Positions 14,413-28,479 of a stretch of 64,000 nucleotides of DNA are shown piece by piece. The position numbers were made by a program, and so were the translations under genes. The notes under the pieces were generated by a model that was not told where the DNA came from, searched no databases, and saw nothing but the letters and a program-made list of their open reading frames with translations. The DNA is from Octopus vulgaris (taxonomy: Eukaryota). The number at the start of each line of letters is the position of its first letter. Position 1 is the first letter of the stretch. The stretch is from NCBI GenBank assembly GCA_951406725.2, contig OX597823.1:69750001-69814000 (forward strand), read 5' to 3'.

Positions 14413-15030
14413 GAATTAGAAAAACAAACATGCAAATAGACACATCTGTATATCTCATTCTCCCTTACATACATAGACACGCGCGTAAGCGCATGCTCGC
14501 ACGCACGTACACACACACGCATAATCCTGGCGGTTACCGTGTTTCTTCTTAAATCGCGGTTTCATATAGCGTATAACCACTTACAAACGTATAAGCTTGT
14601 ATGTATGAATGTGTGTGTGTGTGTTTATAATTTATTAAATGCACATACGATAAATAGATTTTAAAACACCCTTGAATAATACTGAAAGTTTTCTGATGTT
14701 AATTCATGTAGAAATCAATTTATGAATTGTGTTTAGATAAATTTAATGCAATAAACAGCTTTGTACAGGAATGTGCGTGTGTGTGTGTGTGTGTTTTACG
14801 AACTATGTAGCATTACGAATAGTACTCGAGACGTATAGATTTATTACACGCACACACGCACTCACACAATGTATATATATATATGTGTGTGTGTGTGTGT
14901 AAAATATATAAGCCTTGTGAGTGAATTTGGTAGACGGAAACTGAGAGAAGCCTGTCATATATGTACATGTGTATATTTGTGTTTGTGTCATTGTTTGTCC
15001 CTCCACCATCGCTTGAGAACCGACCTTGGT

Positions 15031-15077
<47 letters not shown>

Positions 15078-15230
15078 TGGTTGGTTGGGTCACCACCTGT
15101 CTTGGTAACTGGGATTTGGCCGAGTTTACTAAAGACCATTAACGTTATTCTCAGCCAAAGTTGGCATCACACATTGTGCGACACGACTATACCTTTGATC
15201 TATTGTCACGATTCATTTGACCGTCTTCTA

Positions 15231-16513
15231 CGAGGGACTTCAATAAGTAATGCCTCTGGCCCAATTGCAGTTGTTTGATCTACCTGAAATTTTGCATATG
15301 CAATCATTTATATCTCTATAGAGTAAGTGACAAATTACAGCTCTGAATTAATTGTGGTTTCTTATTTACAGGTGTTTGAACCGAGTCTAGTGTGAAATGG
15401 AGCCTGTTGAGTGTCGAGCAGTGATCCGGTTTTTGTATTTGAAAGGACGCACATCACGGGAGACTTTTGATGAAATGAAAGTAACTTATGGTGATGATGC
15501 CCCATCATATGACCTTGTAAAACGCTAGCATCGTGAATTCAAACATGGTCGGAACTCTGTGGAAACAGCTCCCAGATCTGGTCGCCCCCTTCTGCCATTG
15601 ATGAGGCATCTGTCCGTCAAGTTGAGGCTGCCATTTTGGAAGATCGACGCATAATTATTCGCCAAATAGCCCATGAGGTCAAGATTAGTACCGGGTCTGT
15701 GGAAACTATCATTCATGACCATTTGCATATGCAAAAGGTGTCTGCCAGATGGATTCCCAGGTTGCTCACGCCTTTCTAGAAACAAGAACGCGTCGAATGC
15801 TCAAGGGTGAATTTGGAGATGAGTCAAAATTTTTCAAAAGACTGATCACACAGGATGAAACCTGGGTCCATCACGATGATCCAGAGACCAAAGCCCAGTC
15901 AATGCAGGGTAAGCACCGTGACTCACCCCCTCCAAAGAAGGCAAGGGTGCAGCCCTCCGCTGGCAAGGTCATGCTCACAGTCTTCTGGGATCAGGACGGA
16001 GTAGTGATGACAGATTTCCTGGCAAAGGGTACCACAATTGCAGGAGCCTATTATGCTTCACTTTTGAGGAAATTAAGAGAAGTTATCGAAATCAAGAGGC
16101 GGGGCAAGATCAGCAAAGGCATCCTCCTCCTGCAGGACAACGCTCCGGTCCACAACTCGCTTGTCGCCAGATCAGAAGCACAGGCGTACGGCTATGAACT
16201 CCTCCCCATCCCCCCTACTTTCCTGACCTTGCACCCTCTGATTTTCACCTCTTCCCAATCATTTTCCCAAAGTTGTTTTTGAAAGGAAAGCGTTTCCCAG
16301 ATGATGCAGCCTTGATTTCTGAAGTCACGTTCAGGTTGGAGGACCAAGCTGGGTTCTTCTACAAAAACGGTCTCCAGAGCCGCATCAAACGATGGGAGAA
16401 ATGCGTAACTCTGGGTGGTTCCTATGTAGAAAAAGACTAATAACTGTGCCAAGTTTCGTTGCTCTACTGCTATGGGAAGTGGGTCAGGGGCATTACTTAT
16501 CGAACGCCCCTCG
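15231..16513 (+). mobile_element. Near full-length mariner transposon (1283 bp) with TIRs and TA target duplication
   Basis: TA|cgagggacttcaataagtaatgcctctggccca ... tgggtcaggggcattacttatcgaacgcccctcg|TA; encloses a disrupted transposase. Confidence 0.95.
15397..16440 (+). pseudogene. Mariner transposase pseudogene
   Basis: ATG 15397 (MEPVECRAVIRFLYLKG), HTH region, WIPRLL, ITQDETWVHH, LLQDNAPVH, PYFPDLAPSDFHLFP, RWEKCVTLGGSYVEKD* (TAA 16438-16440); at least two stops plus frameshifts. Confidence 0.92.
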
Positions 16514-18004
16514 TATATAGTTTCCCTGTATCCAAATTCTCTTATGGTGTATGTGCCTTTAGAAAATTATATTTGCCGATATCTCACATTAAGATCGAAC
16601 CCAGTTACCTCTTCTTCGCGAAGTGGACTTATTAACCAAAACTCTCCATTACATCTATCTATTTAGCTATTATAATTGAAACCAATGAAAGAATAAATTC
16701 TTTGAAGTTCTATGTTTTATTGATTCCAGTCGGTGGAAGAAAGGGTATTTGGTGTTTTTTAAGCTTTGTAAAGACATTACTGGTGTAAATGTTATGGGAA
16801 AAATAACATCTCTAACTGAAATAAAATTGTAGTTGTTACTGACCAAGCAGGCTTATGATCAAAGATTTAGCCATGATAATCCTATATGTTTATATGCCTA
16901 AATCGCCGTATCAGGCCTTCCCTTTTTTTAAGGTTGTATGCAGTGATTGGACTCCTCGTTCTTGCAGGACAATAAATACATTCGAAGCTCCTCTGTATTC
17001 TCGTTGATGTATTATCGGCTCTCTGAGAAAATATTTTCTGCTACACATTGTTTTCCTTCTTAATTTCTTACTATGAACAGTGGCAAACTGTAAACAAAGG
17101 AACGGCTATTGCTGCCAAGAATTCTGTTTTGTACTAATTTGTAATAGCGTTATTTTTTTTCTTTTGATACCATGGAAAGTAATGAACAGAACAAAACTGT
17201 CAGTTTAGAGAGAGGTTGATGATTTAAGTTGACGTTTTATTGTGATGGTTTCTGTCATTATTTTCGAACGCATCACTGTTGAATTTAATTTGTGGTCTAC
17301 TAAATGAAATAGATTCCTCTCGTTCATTCGAAAGACAAGTGCTTGTAATCATATTTTTCAATGAGAAGTTATATTTAACCGGAGAAATGGTAGAATTCAA
17401 CTTCAAATCTATTTTAATTAATTTTTCCTTGAAATAAAAGCAAAAAAAAAACAATATTCACTTAATGATGACTTAGCGGAAATAGACATATGAAAGACGA
17501 AAACAAAACAGCCAGTTTATTTGGTCGATCAAATACCTTTGAGAGAGAGCCAATAAACGTATTATTAATTACAGATAAAGAATTTCAGAAAATATAAAAG
17601 AAATCATTAATCATAAAATTGCATATTTTTTAAAGTAGAGAAGTAGTTAAATTAAAGTAGAGAAGTAGTTTAAAAAAATGTGGGTGCTTCAGGGGGTACT
17701 AAGTGATGTCTCACTGAATGTAGTGCAAATTATTTAGAATATATAGCGTTATTTTTTTATGTCTATCAATTATGTCTCATTGGTTTCCAGTTTGTCTTAC
17801 ATTTCTCCAATTTCAAACTTAATAATTAGGTAACAACAATTTAACCCTTTTATTTGATCATAACTTTCCGAGACAAATTTGAGTTCCTATATATAAGAAT
17901 ATATAATTAATTGATAATTTTCTAGACTCAACTTCTTTGCTAAGGTGAGATGTTTCATTGAAAACTCCAAACATTTATCCTACCTTTCAGGAGCTGGTAT
18001 TTAT

Positions 18005-18392
18005 CTTTTATTTTTTACTTGTTCAGTCATGTGGCCATGTTGGGACATTGCATTGAAGGGCTTCATCGAAAAAAACTCGACCCTACTACTTATGCATTTT
18101 AAGTTCGGTTCATACTCTAAAAGCCTGTTTTACCGAACCGCACGATCATGGGGACGTAATCACACCAACACCGCTTGTCAACATGGTGGCAAGGGACAAA
18201 CACAAAGACACACACACATATATATATATAAAGGGCTTCTTTCAGTTTCCGCAAACTATATCCACTCAGAAGTCTTGCGTCGGCTCGAGGCTATAGATGA
18301 AGGCATTTGCCCAAGATGCTCCACTGTGGATCTAAACCCGAAAGTATGTGATCGAGAAGCAAACCCTTTACCACGCACCCAACCCTGCGCCT
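18005..18392 (-). mobile_element. SINE family B, degenerate
   Basis: ttttacttgttcagtcat tail, ccgaaccgc, cttgtcaa, internal (CA)(TA), ttcagtttccg, ttgcccaag, cctgcgcc head. Confidence 0.8.
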
Positions 18393-18489
18393 ATATATAC
18401 ATATATATATAAGTTCAGTAAAATTTAGATTCAGATGAATATGGTACTTAAGTTAAAGGCACCAGAATTTAGTATGGTATTATGTAATG

Positions 18490-19381
<892 letters not shown>

Positions 19382-19512
19382 CTACACACACGTGTGTGTG
19401 TGTTTTTGCATGAGTGTGTGCATAAAGGGAACACAGAGAACGTAGTCGAATTTAATGATTTATACAATGTACATGTGTTTCTTCAGACCACTTGACATAT
19501 ATTAGATAATTG

Positions 19513-20314
19513 TCTATATAATAGTATAAGTCTGTGATTGCTTGCCTGCGTGCTTGCTTGCTTGCGTGCTTGTCTGTAATTTAAGTTAACCAAATCTGCA
19601 CATAATGGGAAAATACTCTGAAAGTAAGGTACTCTTGAAATGTGAATACAAGGAGAATAAAACAAGTTTCGCGTAAATCGAACCACAGATTATCGAGATT
19701 CGCGGTTTTGGTGGGTTTACTTCCACAAATTTGAGCAATGAAACCTGGTGTTATTCCTCTTTACTGTGAACACCTGGACAGTTTTGTTTGTGCACTTCCT
19801 TCCTTGCGTGCTTGTCTGTAATTTAATGCTGCCAAACCGGCGCATATGGTAAAAATACTCTGAAAGTAAGGTGCCCCTAAAATGGGAATACAAACGGAAG
19901 AAGACAACTTTCACGTAAATCGGACCACGGGTTCTCGGGATACGCGGCTTTTTGGGTACTTTTATCATTGCCCGCTTGTGTGCTTGTCTGTAATATAATA
20001 CAGCCGAACCGGCGCATAATGGGAAAATACTTTGAAAGTAAGGTACCATTGAAATGTTGATAAAAAACGGAATAAAACAAGTTTCGCGTAAATCGGACCA
20101 CGGGTCCCCAAGATACTCGGTTTTTTCGGGTACCTTTATAAATAGCCAAACCGGTGCATAATGGGGAAAATTCTTTGAGAATAAGGTACCATTGAAATGT
20201 GATCAAAAACGGAATAAAACAAGTTTTGCGTGGATCGGACCACGGGTTCCTGAGATACGCGTTTTTTCGGGTACCTTGAACTAATGGTTACCCAACGGGT
20301 CACGGGTAGTCTGG
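19513..20314 (+). mobile_element. Non-autonomous Helitron-like element with four internal tandem units
   Basis: 5' TCTATATAATA then (GCTT)n-like repeats; four copies of a unit containing gaaagtaaggt / cgtaaatcggaccacggg; 3' hairpin taccc...gggta (20289-20308) then CTGG|T (CTRR). Confidence 0.7.
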
Positions 20315-20629
20315 TATTATATAAAACCCAGCTGTGTGAACACGTGCCACTGGTCTCGTTCATCGGCATTAGTGGGCAACGATATACATAATACCTGTGT
20401 CTATTGCTAATTCAATACTTTTATGACTCCATGATTTATAATCTATTTTATGTCTATTTTCACGCGGAACTGGGTTTTCGATTTCATGATTCTTTACTTC
20501 AAATCTGCTGTAGCAGCTTAGTTGCTTCTGTTCAACTATGACAACTTTACTCAATTAAACAATAGAAAAAAATATAGAATAAGAATAAAAATACGAAATA
20601 AAACGGACGAAATCAAAACAATAATAATA

Positions 20630-20792
20630 GGCGCAGGAGTGTGCTGTGTGGTAAGTAGCTTGCTAACCAACCACATGGTTCCGGGTTCAGTCCCACTGCG
20701 TGGCATTTTGGGCAAGTGTCTCTGCTATAGCCCCGGGCCGACCAAAGCCTTGTGAGTGGATTTGGTAGACGGAAACTGAAAGAAGCCTGTCG

Positions 20793-20870
<78 letters not shown>

Positions 20871-21057
20871 TGTGTCTGTGTTTGTCCCCCTAGCATTGCT
20901 TGACAACCGATGCTGGTGTGTTTACGTCACCGTCACTTAGCGGTTCGGCAAAAGAGACCGATAGAATAAGTACTGGGGTCGATTTGCTCGACTAAAGGTG
21001 GTGCTCCAGCATGGCCGCAATCAAATGACTGAAACAAGTAAAAGAGTACAAAGAGTA
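20630..21057 (+). mobile_element. SINE family B, full length
   Basis: ggcgcaggagtg...ggttcagtccc head, CORE-like gtggcattttgggcaagtgtc, internal (TA)n(TG)n, gaaacaagtaaaagagta tail. Confidence 0.9.
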
Positions 21058-21674
21058 AGTATAATACTGAATATAAGAAAAGAATAGAAAGTGAAGTGTG
21101 TGTGTGTGTAAAGATGAAAGTAGAGCAAAACTTGAGTTCTGAGATAAGTATCAAGTTTCAGTAAAATATACATACTTGCATACGTACATACATACATACG
21201 TACATAATCATATATGTGTGTGTGTGTATATATATATATGTTTTTATATGTATATCATCATTTTTATGTAACATATATATTATACCTAAATACATTTAAC
21301 TCCAAATTCCTTAGGAATATTAGAAAGTGAATTATTTCTAAAAGTTATTAAAGTGTGATCGAAAAATATTATCTATCATAGTAAATGTGATATCAGATCT
21401 CTGCATATTCATTACAAAGATATTCCCTTAACACACATTTAATATTCTGTAGTAAGTGTACAGTCATTTTGAAAAACTTAATATCATTAATAGATATGTT
21501 ACGTAGGGGAATAGTGAATAATTTATCACTTTTACTTAGAGATATAACACGATATCTTAAAAAGTGAATAGGATTGAAGTGTAGATCATTTAATTGTATG
21601 GATGTATAACTATGCATGCAAGCATATATGTATATATACTCGCCATGATTGACCGCTAACTCCAAAAGATTTCT

Positions 21675-21840
21675 TATTCTCTCTCTCTGTTTATTTCCTC
21701 GTTTTCCTTTCTGTTGAAGAGCTTAGCCTCAAAACGTAAGAGACATTCTCACCTTCCCGAGTGAGCGTGAAACTATTACACCTGCTTGCTAGTTATACAC
21801 CTGTCTTCATCCTTTGTTTTTCTGTAAATTTCAACTATAT
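21675..21840 (+). mobile_element. Penelope-like terminal-repeat remnant with variant hammerhead-like motif
   Basis: cttt-ctgttga-a-gagcttagcctc-aaaac-gta; homologous to 45890-46072; ends in (TA)n. Confidence 0.55.
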
Positions 21841-21885
21841 ATATATATACATAATCAAAATAAGCAACAAGGATATCCAGAGGTA

Positions 21886-21975
21886 ATGCAGTACGATCGT
21901 TTCATGCGACTCCATTTAATTGAACAATGCAAGTATTCCATCAGTTTTAAAATGTAGAGCAATCTTCAGCTGCAT
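21886..21975 (-). ncRNA. Type I hammerhead ribozyme motif with long stem II (Penelope-associated type)
   Basis: Minus strand: atgcag-CTGAAGA-[long imperfect stem II]-GAAAC-gatc-GTA-ctgcat; perfect 6-bp stem I, intact core, palindromic stem III. Confidence 0.75.
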
Positions 21976-22159
21976 ACAAATATAGAATTTAGTTAAATCT
22001 AAAACATTCATTTTTATAGTGATTCCATTAACCAAAATCACAAAGAAGGTAAGTAGGTAGACAGAGAAACAAGTTTCATCAACAAAAACATGCTTGCATG
22101 CATAGTTATGCATCCATACAATTAAATAATTAAATGATTTAAACTTCAGACCTATTCAC

Positions 22160-22244
<85 letters not shown>

Positions 22245-22321
22245 TTATATTTATACTATATATATATAATATATTTTTACGTGTTTGCATTTATGTAAAT
22301 AAATAATTGTGTGTGTATACG

Positions 22322-22353
<32 letters not shown>

Positions 22354-22392
22354 CATATAAATGTATTTGTGTATATATGTATATACATATGC

Positions 22393-22427
<35 letters not shown>

Positions 22428-23069
22428 TGTGTGTACATATATATGCATATATGTATGTATGCATTATAAAAAAGGTATAACAAAGAAGAAATCAATCAAT
22501 TTACTACAGTTGTCAAGCGCTCAAACCAAGTGTCAATCAATACATTTTTAGGTTTGATGATTACTATGAACGTATGAAAACGTTAATTGAACTTTATGAA
22601 CTTTACAAAATATTTTTTAATGCTTAATACACTTCAACATTAAATTTTTCTTAATACATTGATACAACACGTTAAAATAGGACCATGTAACTTTATTCAA
22701 CTCGTATATATATATGTATATATATATATATATATATATCGCATTTTACAAATATTGAGATATACACCGGAACGTTAGTTGATGTTCTATTTTGTATTTT
22801 AATTCATTGATCAATTAATTGTTCTCATCAGAGAATTGCGACTTTTACAATTTATATATGATCTTCCTATATTTTAAGCGATTGAAGGCGCAACATGACG
22901 ATGCACAAGGAAAACCATTAGTACAAACAGACTGACAGACAGAGAAAATTGCTGTCCATGCCAACTAAAACAGAAAGACACAAGCATAACTATTTACAAA
23001 CGCATTATCATTAGAAAATGCAAAGACACACAATATAAATCAAAACTTTACAGACGCATGCTTCTACAA

Positions 23070-23220
23070 ACCGAGCGGTGTGTTGTGTTTTTGAGCAAAA
23101 CACTTCATTTCACATTGCTCCATTCTCCCCTTCGGGAGGAATGTTGGCATGTGCGCCTAACCAGCGCAGTAGCGTCATCCGACGGGTAAAACAATACAAA
23201 GCGCATTGTGACCAGCGACA
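23070..23220 (+). mobile_element. CORE-type SINE fragment
   Basis: gttgtgtttttgagcaaaacacttcatttcacattgctcc matches the CORE-like segment of family D. Confidence 0.5.
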
Positions 23221-23564
23221 TTCTTCGTACACGAGTGTCTAGTTGTCATATGAACTTCGTATGCTACTCATTGAACTGCGTATGAAAATGGGGGTTATCC
23301 CGCATTCTCTGGTACACTTAACACAATCCTTTAGCATAACAGGTACGATAGAGTGACACATGGCTGGATCTTTGGATTATACAAGTGTCATAAATTCCAC
23401 GATATTCTATCCGGTCTCAGTCTTACCATATTCACTCAAACGCTTTGTTAACCCGACGCTATGATAAAGATTTGATGTTATCTAATCCAGCATGTTGGGT
23501 TTTTAAAGCACAAGTCTTATCATCTCAACCATGCTTTCGTCTTTATATATATGTGTGTGTGTAG

Positions 23565-23734
<170 letters not shown>

Positions 23735-24999
23735 TTTCCTCTTCCTCAATATTTGAAACTCGGCCTGCATTTATCGACAGTATTGAATCGTTTTGTTAAC
23801 CAAATGCTTTTTTAAGTTACATCTCTTTACAGATTTGCAAATACGAGTGGAAATGTGGAAATCTAATCATAAATACGATTAGCGTTTAAATAAGAAGGTA
23901 CAACCGGAAATTGAACTTGCAGCGTAAACTCAACTTACAACCACTCTTTACTACTATCTATATGATATGATAATGAAGCAAAAACAGTTGTCCCAAAATA
24001 TAAACCTTGCCAGATCAGCTGCTGCATGAATAACTTTTCATACATATTGAATTTTCACAGTGAATGCCGTTGCGGTTCACCTTACTGAGAAAACATTTAT
24101 AGCGCTTCAATGACCAGCAACAGGAAACGATGCATCAGTGTTAATATGGTGGTAACTATGTAGATTTCGAAATATTTGTCAGTGCTTAGCTGCAATAAAT
24201 AGATGAAGAAATAGCAAACACCAATAGAGAAAAATATAAAAGAAAAGCAAAACAAGAAATATTCATTTTGAATTAAGCAAACAAGTGGAAAAATAACTGG
24301 ATATAAATCAATGATATTGTTCAGTTACGACAGAATTTTAATGTGAATTCCTATAACGTTTGTACGTGTGGGTTATTGCAGCCAAGAGAAGAGAGTTCAC
24401 GTCACGACCCTGTTTTCAGTAATCGTTTAACAGCAACTCATTGGACTCCATGTGAAAAAATTTTTAGGTCTCTGCCTTTTAGTTTTTCTTTTAATTTCTT
24501 AAATTTATTTTAGCTCTATTTGCTATTCGTTCATGCATCTATTTACTCGACACTAAAATACTGAAGTCCTGTTCAGTTACAAGATCGATTTCGGTTGTCT
24601 GCGGTGACATAAATTAAATTCAGAATGTAGAGAAGTAATTTCAAATATCATTAAAGTTTAGTTTCAATAATCTAACACTGACCCTCTGTTACCGTCCTGA
24701 ATACAACACAACAAACCCTTTGAAATCCGCTATGCTTTTCAATTTCCCAGGTTAAGTAATGACGTAATAGATTTAATCGATTCTTAAATTCAACGTCTAT
24801 GTTAAAAACCAATTTCTAAGAGAGGTTCGAGCTAGGTAGACTGGATTCTTGGAAATTTCACTTCTTATTTATGCTGTTGCTTTCGATTTTGCTGTTCATA
24901 GAAGTCTATTTTAAACTGTTGAATTTTAAAAGTGCGTGAAGACGAGTGCTTTAAAGAAGAGCGTCATTATGGAAGCAAAATTACGCAAAAGCTTAAATA

Positions 25000-25460
25000 A
25001 TAATCCCACAGCAGGGAGGTATGGCCAAAATGTCAATAAAATGCACCAGGAAGTATAATGTTTATGTCCAGCATTAGTTGAAAAGGACTACTTGTCTATG
25101 GCGACATATAACAACTGTCCCAAATGATTTTAAAGAAATTTAATGAAATGATCTACACCCTCTACCTCATTCAGCTTACTCTCCATGCCTCTTTCCCACT
25201 ATCATGTTTTCAAACATATCGATAACTTCCTGTAAATGAAAATCGTCAACCATAAGGCAGCTCAAAACACCTTCAAATAATTTATTGGTTCCAGGACTCC
25301 AGAATTCTAAATTAGTAGGACAAATAAACTGCTTTCTTCTTGGCAAAAGGGCATAGAGACTAATAGTTATTATTTCAGTTAATAAAATCTATTCTGAGCT
25401 AAGATATATTGCCTTAAACTTGACTGTTAAAAATCTACAATTTTTGTCGCACCAACCTGA
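25000..25460 (+). mobile_element. Mariner 3' fragment (cecropia/Hsmar1-like), degenerate
   Basis: LPHSAYSP, YHVFKHIDNFL and NKLLSSWQK remnants; terminus gcaccaacctga|TA resembles Hsmar1-type TIR. Confidence 0.75.
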
Positions 25461-26339
25461 TAAAATGCCACCGCTAAATACTGACTTCATTTACTCAAGC
25501 GTTTCTATCAGACTTAATATTCTCAAATAGTGAAAACAATCGATGATGCTGCTTGCATTAATATGTTATTAAGCAAGTGAATCATAGACATGTTTTTGTT
25601 TCTTTTTCATTAGACTCGATTCTATTTGTTATAAACTGTTGACTAATTCGGAAACTAGGAATGTAACTGAACCTTGACCACTAAACTAGACACTTCTGTT
25701 TATAATTTTTTTAAAACTGTCTGCGAATTAAATTAACTGCCCCTCTTTACTTTGAATATAGATGAGGAAGACGAAAATCTAAGTTTTTACATTAGTCACA
25801 CATTTATGATGAACACACGTTATCTAATGCCTAGAGTGTGGAGCTCTCTGGTAGTAAATGCGTGAGATCTATTCTTTAACCGAATTATGCTTTGTCCTCG
25901 AGCAAGGCATTTCATTTCGCTTTGCTCCACTATATTCAGCTGAAAATTGTGTACCAGTGGTAAGTGTGAGCTAATTCTATGACAAACTGGCGTCCATTCA
26001 GAGGAGAAATTTGTACTCTCAACCTAAACATCTTGAAACTCCGGATAAAAATCGATCAAATGTTGCTGCGGATATATTTAGATACAGCAAAATATTTGGT
26101 CCGGCATTCAGCGGCCTCTTTGCAAATCAATGTGGAAAACAACTCGTTAAGGATTTCCTAGAACGCCGCAAGGACACATATAGAACACAGGACGTGATTG
26201 GTGTTTATTTTAACATTCCCGAAAAGAAGAAAGAACAAAACAACGTTGGCAGAATTAGAACTGAGAATGGACATGATGTAGATACCGCTCTACCAAACAT
26301 GCTCTCAATCATTCTAAATCCGAGTAATTGATCCTTACA

Positions 26340-26530
26340 TAGGCACAGAACCTGACGTTTACGAGTCTGATTAGCCGATTAAATCTATCCCATCGTATTT
26401 TATTTATCGACCTCGGAGGGATGAAATGCAAAATTGACTTCGACGAGATTTGAAATAAGAGCACAAAATGTGGGAACAAATACAGCAATCATTTAATCGG
26501 ACTCCCTAACCATTCTGGTAATCAACCACC
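26340..26530 (-). mobile_element. SINE family A, degenerate
   Basis: tttatcgacctcggagggatgaaatgcaaaattgacttcgacgagatttgaa is the reverse of the family A core. Confidence 0.65.
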
Positions 26531-26819
26531 CTGAACCCTGTATCATAATATTAATAAAGATCTCCATTTAGATTACTTAAATATAAATCAGCCTGTAAAA
26601 GCTCAAACAGTGTATATCTCTTCTAAAGTATGACATGGTTGATTAATTAATTGTGTATTTGTTTTTATAGCTCATTCACGTAAGAAGTCATTAAACTGTA
26701 TTAGATTTAGGGTGGTCTGTCAAGTAACCTTTGGAGAGATAATGTCGAAGAATGCTTGAAGAGGCTACTAATTTTGCATACCAACATTTAACTAACGCAC
26801 ATGTATGCATGCGCATACA

Positions 26820-26976
26820 CAGAGACATATACTCTGTGTGTGTATACTCTGTGTGTGTGCGTGTGTGTGTGTGTGTGTTTGTGTGTGTGAGTGTGTGTGT
26901 TTGTGTGTGTGTGTGTGCGTGTGTGAGTGTGTGTTTGTGTGTGTGTATGTGTGTTTGTGTGTGTGTGTGTGTATGT
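26820..26976. repeat. Imperfect (TG)n microsatellite
   Basis: Directly visible. Confidence 0.9.
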
Positions 26977-27760
26977 TTACTCTTCGTAACTCCATAATTT
27001 TTATCCATTTATCTCATTCTTAATTTTGCTTTCTTTTATCTTTATTTGGTATATTTACTGAAATTATGTTTTTGAGCAACAGAGCAGAGTTGTTGGAAAT
27101 TGAGTAGTTATAATGGAAAGTATTTCTATATATTTGGGGTATATTCTTTTGCTGTTGAGTACATAGGCTACTTTTCAAACTTAAATAGCTTCTAAACTGA
27201 AAGCTAACATCTTTCAGAAACTACTATTGGCAGGTTCTCTACTTTGTAAATATTACAAAATACTTATGGCATCTTTAGATAGAATACAGCTAGAATGCTC
27301 TCAAATAATGCTAATATTTTACGCCACCATAAAATTTATGTTAATAGAGATCAAAGACATCAGTACCCAGACTGATGCTTAATACTGGATAGTATAACAA
27401 GAATGTGTCTCTAGAGTGTCACACAGTACCATGAATATATTGTCCATGCAACATAAACTTTAACGTCAATATCTGCTCTTCAGCTATGGTTTGTCAATTA
27501 ATAAATATCACATAATGGCCCAATGACTATCAGTATTTATTTCGACTCGACGTTCTGAGTTCAAATTCCGCTGAGGTCGAATTTGGCTTCAACTCTTCAC
27601 AGGTCAGTAAACTAAAGTACTAGTAAAGCTCTATTATCAATGGAATCGAATTGAAATTGCCGGCTTTGTGCCGAAATTAAAAGCAATTTACAAAAAAAAA
27701 ATGGAAACCAAATTTGAGTGTTGAAGCCATTTCTATTTTCCCCCAAAATGTTTATAATGA

Positions 27761-28163
27761 CAATAATCTTTTCTGCTATTGGCACAAGGCCTGAAAATTG
27801 GAAGGAGGGGTGAGTCGATTATATCGACCCCAGTACTCAACAGGTACTTAATTTATCGACCCCGAAAGGATGAAAAGCAAAGTCGACCTCGGCGGAATTT
27901 GAACTCAGAACTTAACGGTAGATGAAATACCTATTTCTTTACTACCCACAAGGGGCTGAACACAGAGGGGACAAACAAGGACAGACAAAGGGATTAAGTC
28001 GATTATATCGACCCCAGTGTTTAACTGGTACTTACTTCATCGACCCCGAAAGGATGAAAGGCAAAGTCGACCTTGGCGGAATTTGAACTCAGAACGTAAC
28101 GGCAGACGAAATACGGCTACGCATTTCGCCCGGCGTGCTAATGTTTCTGCCAGCTCGCCGCCT
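27761..28163 (-). mobile_element. Dimeric SINE family A with 12-bp TSD
   Basis: Two tandem cores (atcgaccccgaaaggatgaaa.gcaaagtcgacct.ggcggaatttgaactcagaac) flanked by tgtttataatga at 27749-27760 and 28164-28175. Confidence 0.9.
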
Positions 28164-28479
28164 TGTTTATAATGATTCCTAAATAGTTTGTGCGTCTTCT
28201 AAATAACTTTCTTCACATGTAATTTGTGAAGAAAGAGTTTATCTATTAAGTTTTTGCGATATTAGATTGGATTGCAATTAAAATAAAACATTTCCAGTTA
28301 TAATATACAATTATAAAAGTGATCTAGGATCATATGCAACAACAAAATTGCTCGAATATCGCGCTTTGACAGTTGCATTTCAGGTGATTGCAACAACAGT
28401 GGAAAAATATCAATGTTAATTTATTGATGCATTTGGGCTAGTTTATGTCTGTATTTCAGACAATTGCAAAAAATGTTTT

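Noticed and set aside
19560-20280. Repeat-spacer appearance suggesting a CRISPR array
   Set aside because: Units are long, diverged and homologous throughout; no unique spacers or cas genes; eukaryotic context.
24050-24160. Acceptor-like ttttcacAG followed by a GT
   Set aside because: All three frames contain stops, and there is no other exon evidence.
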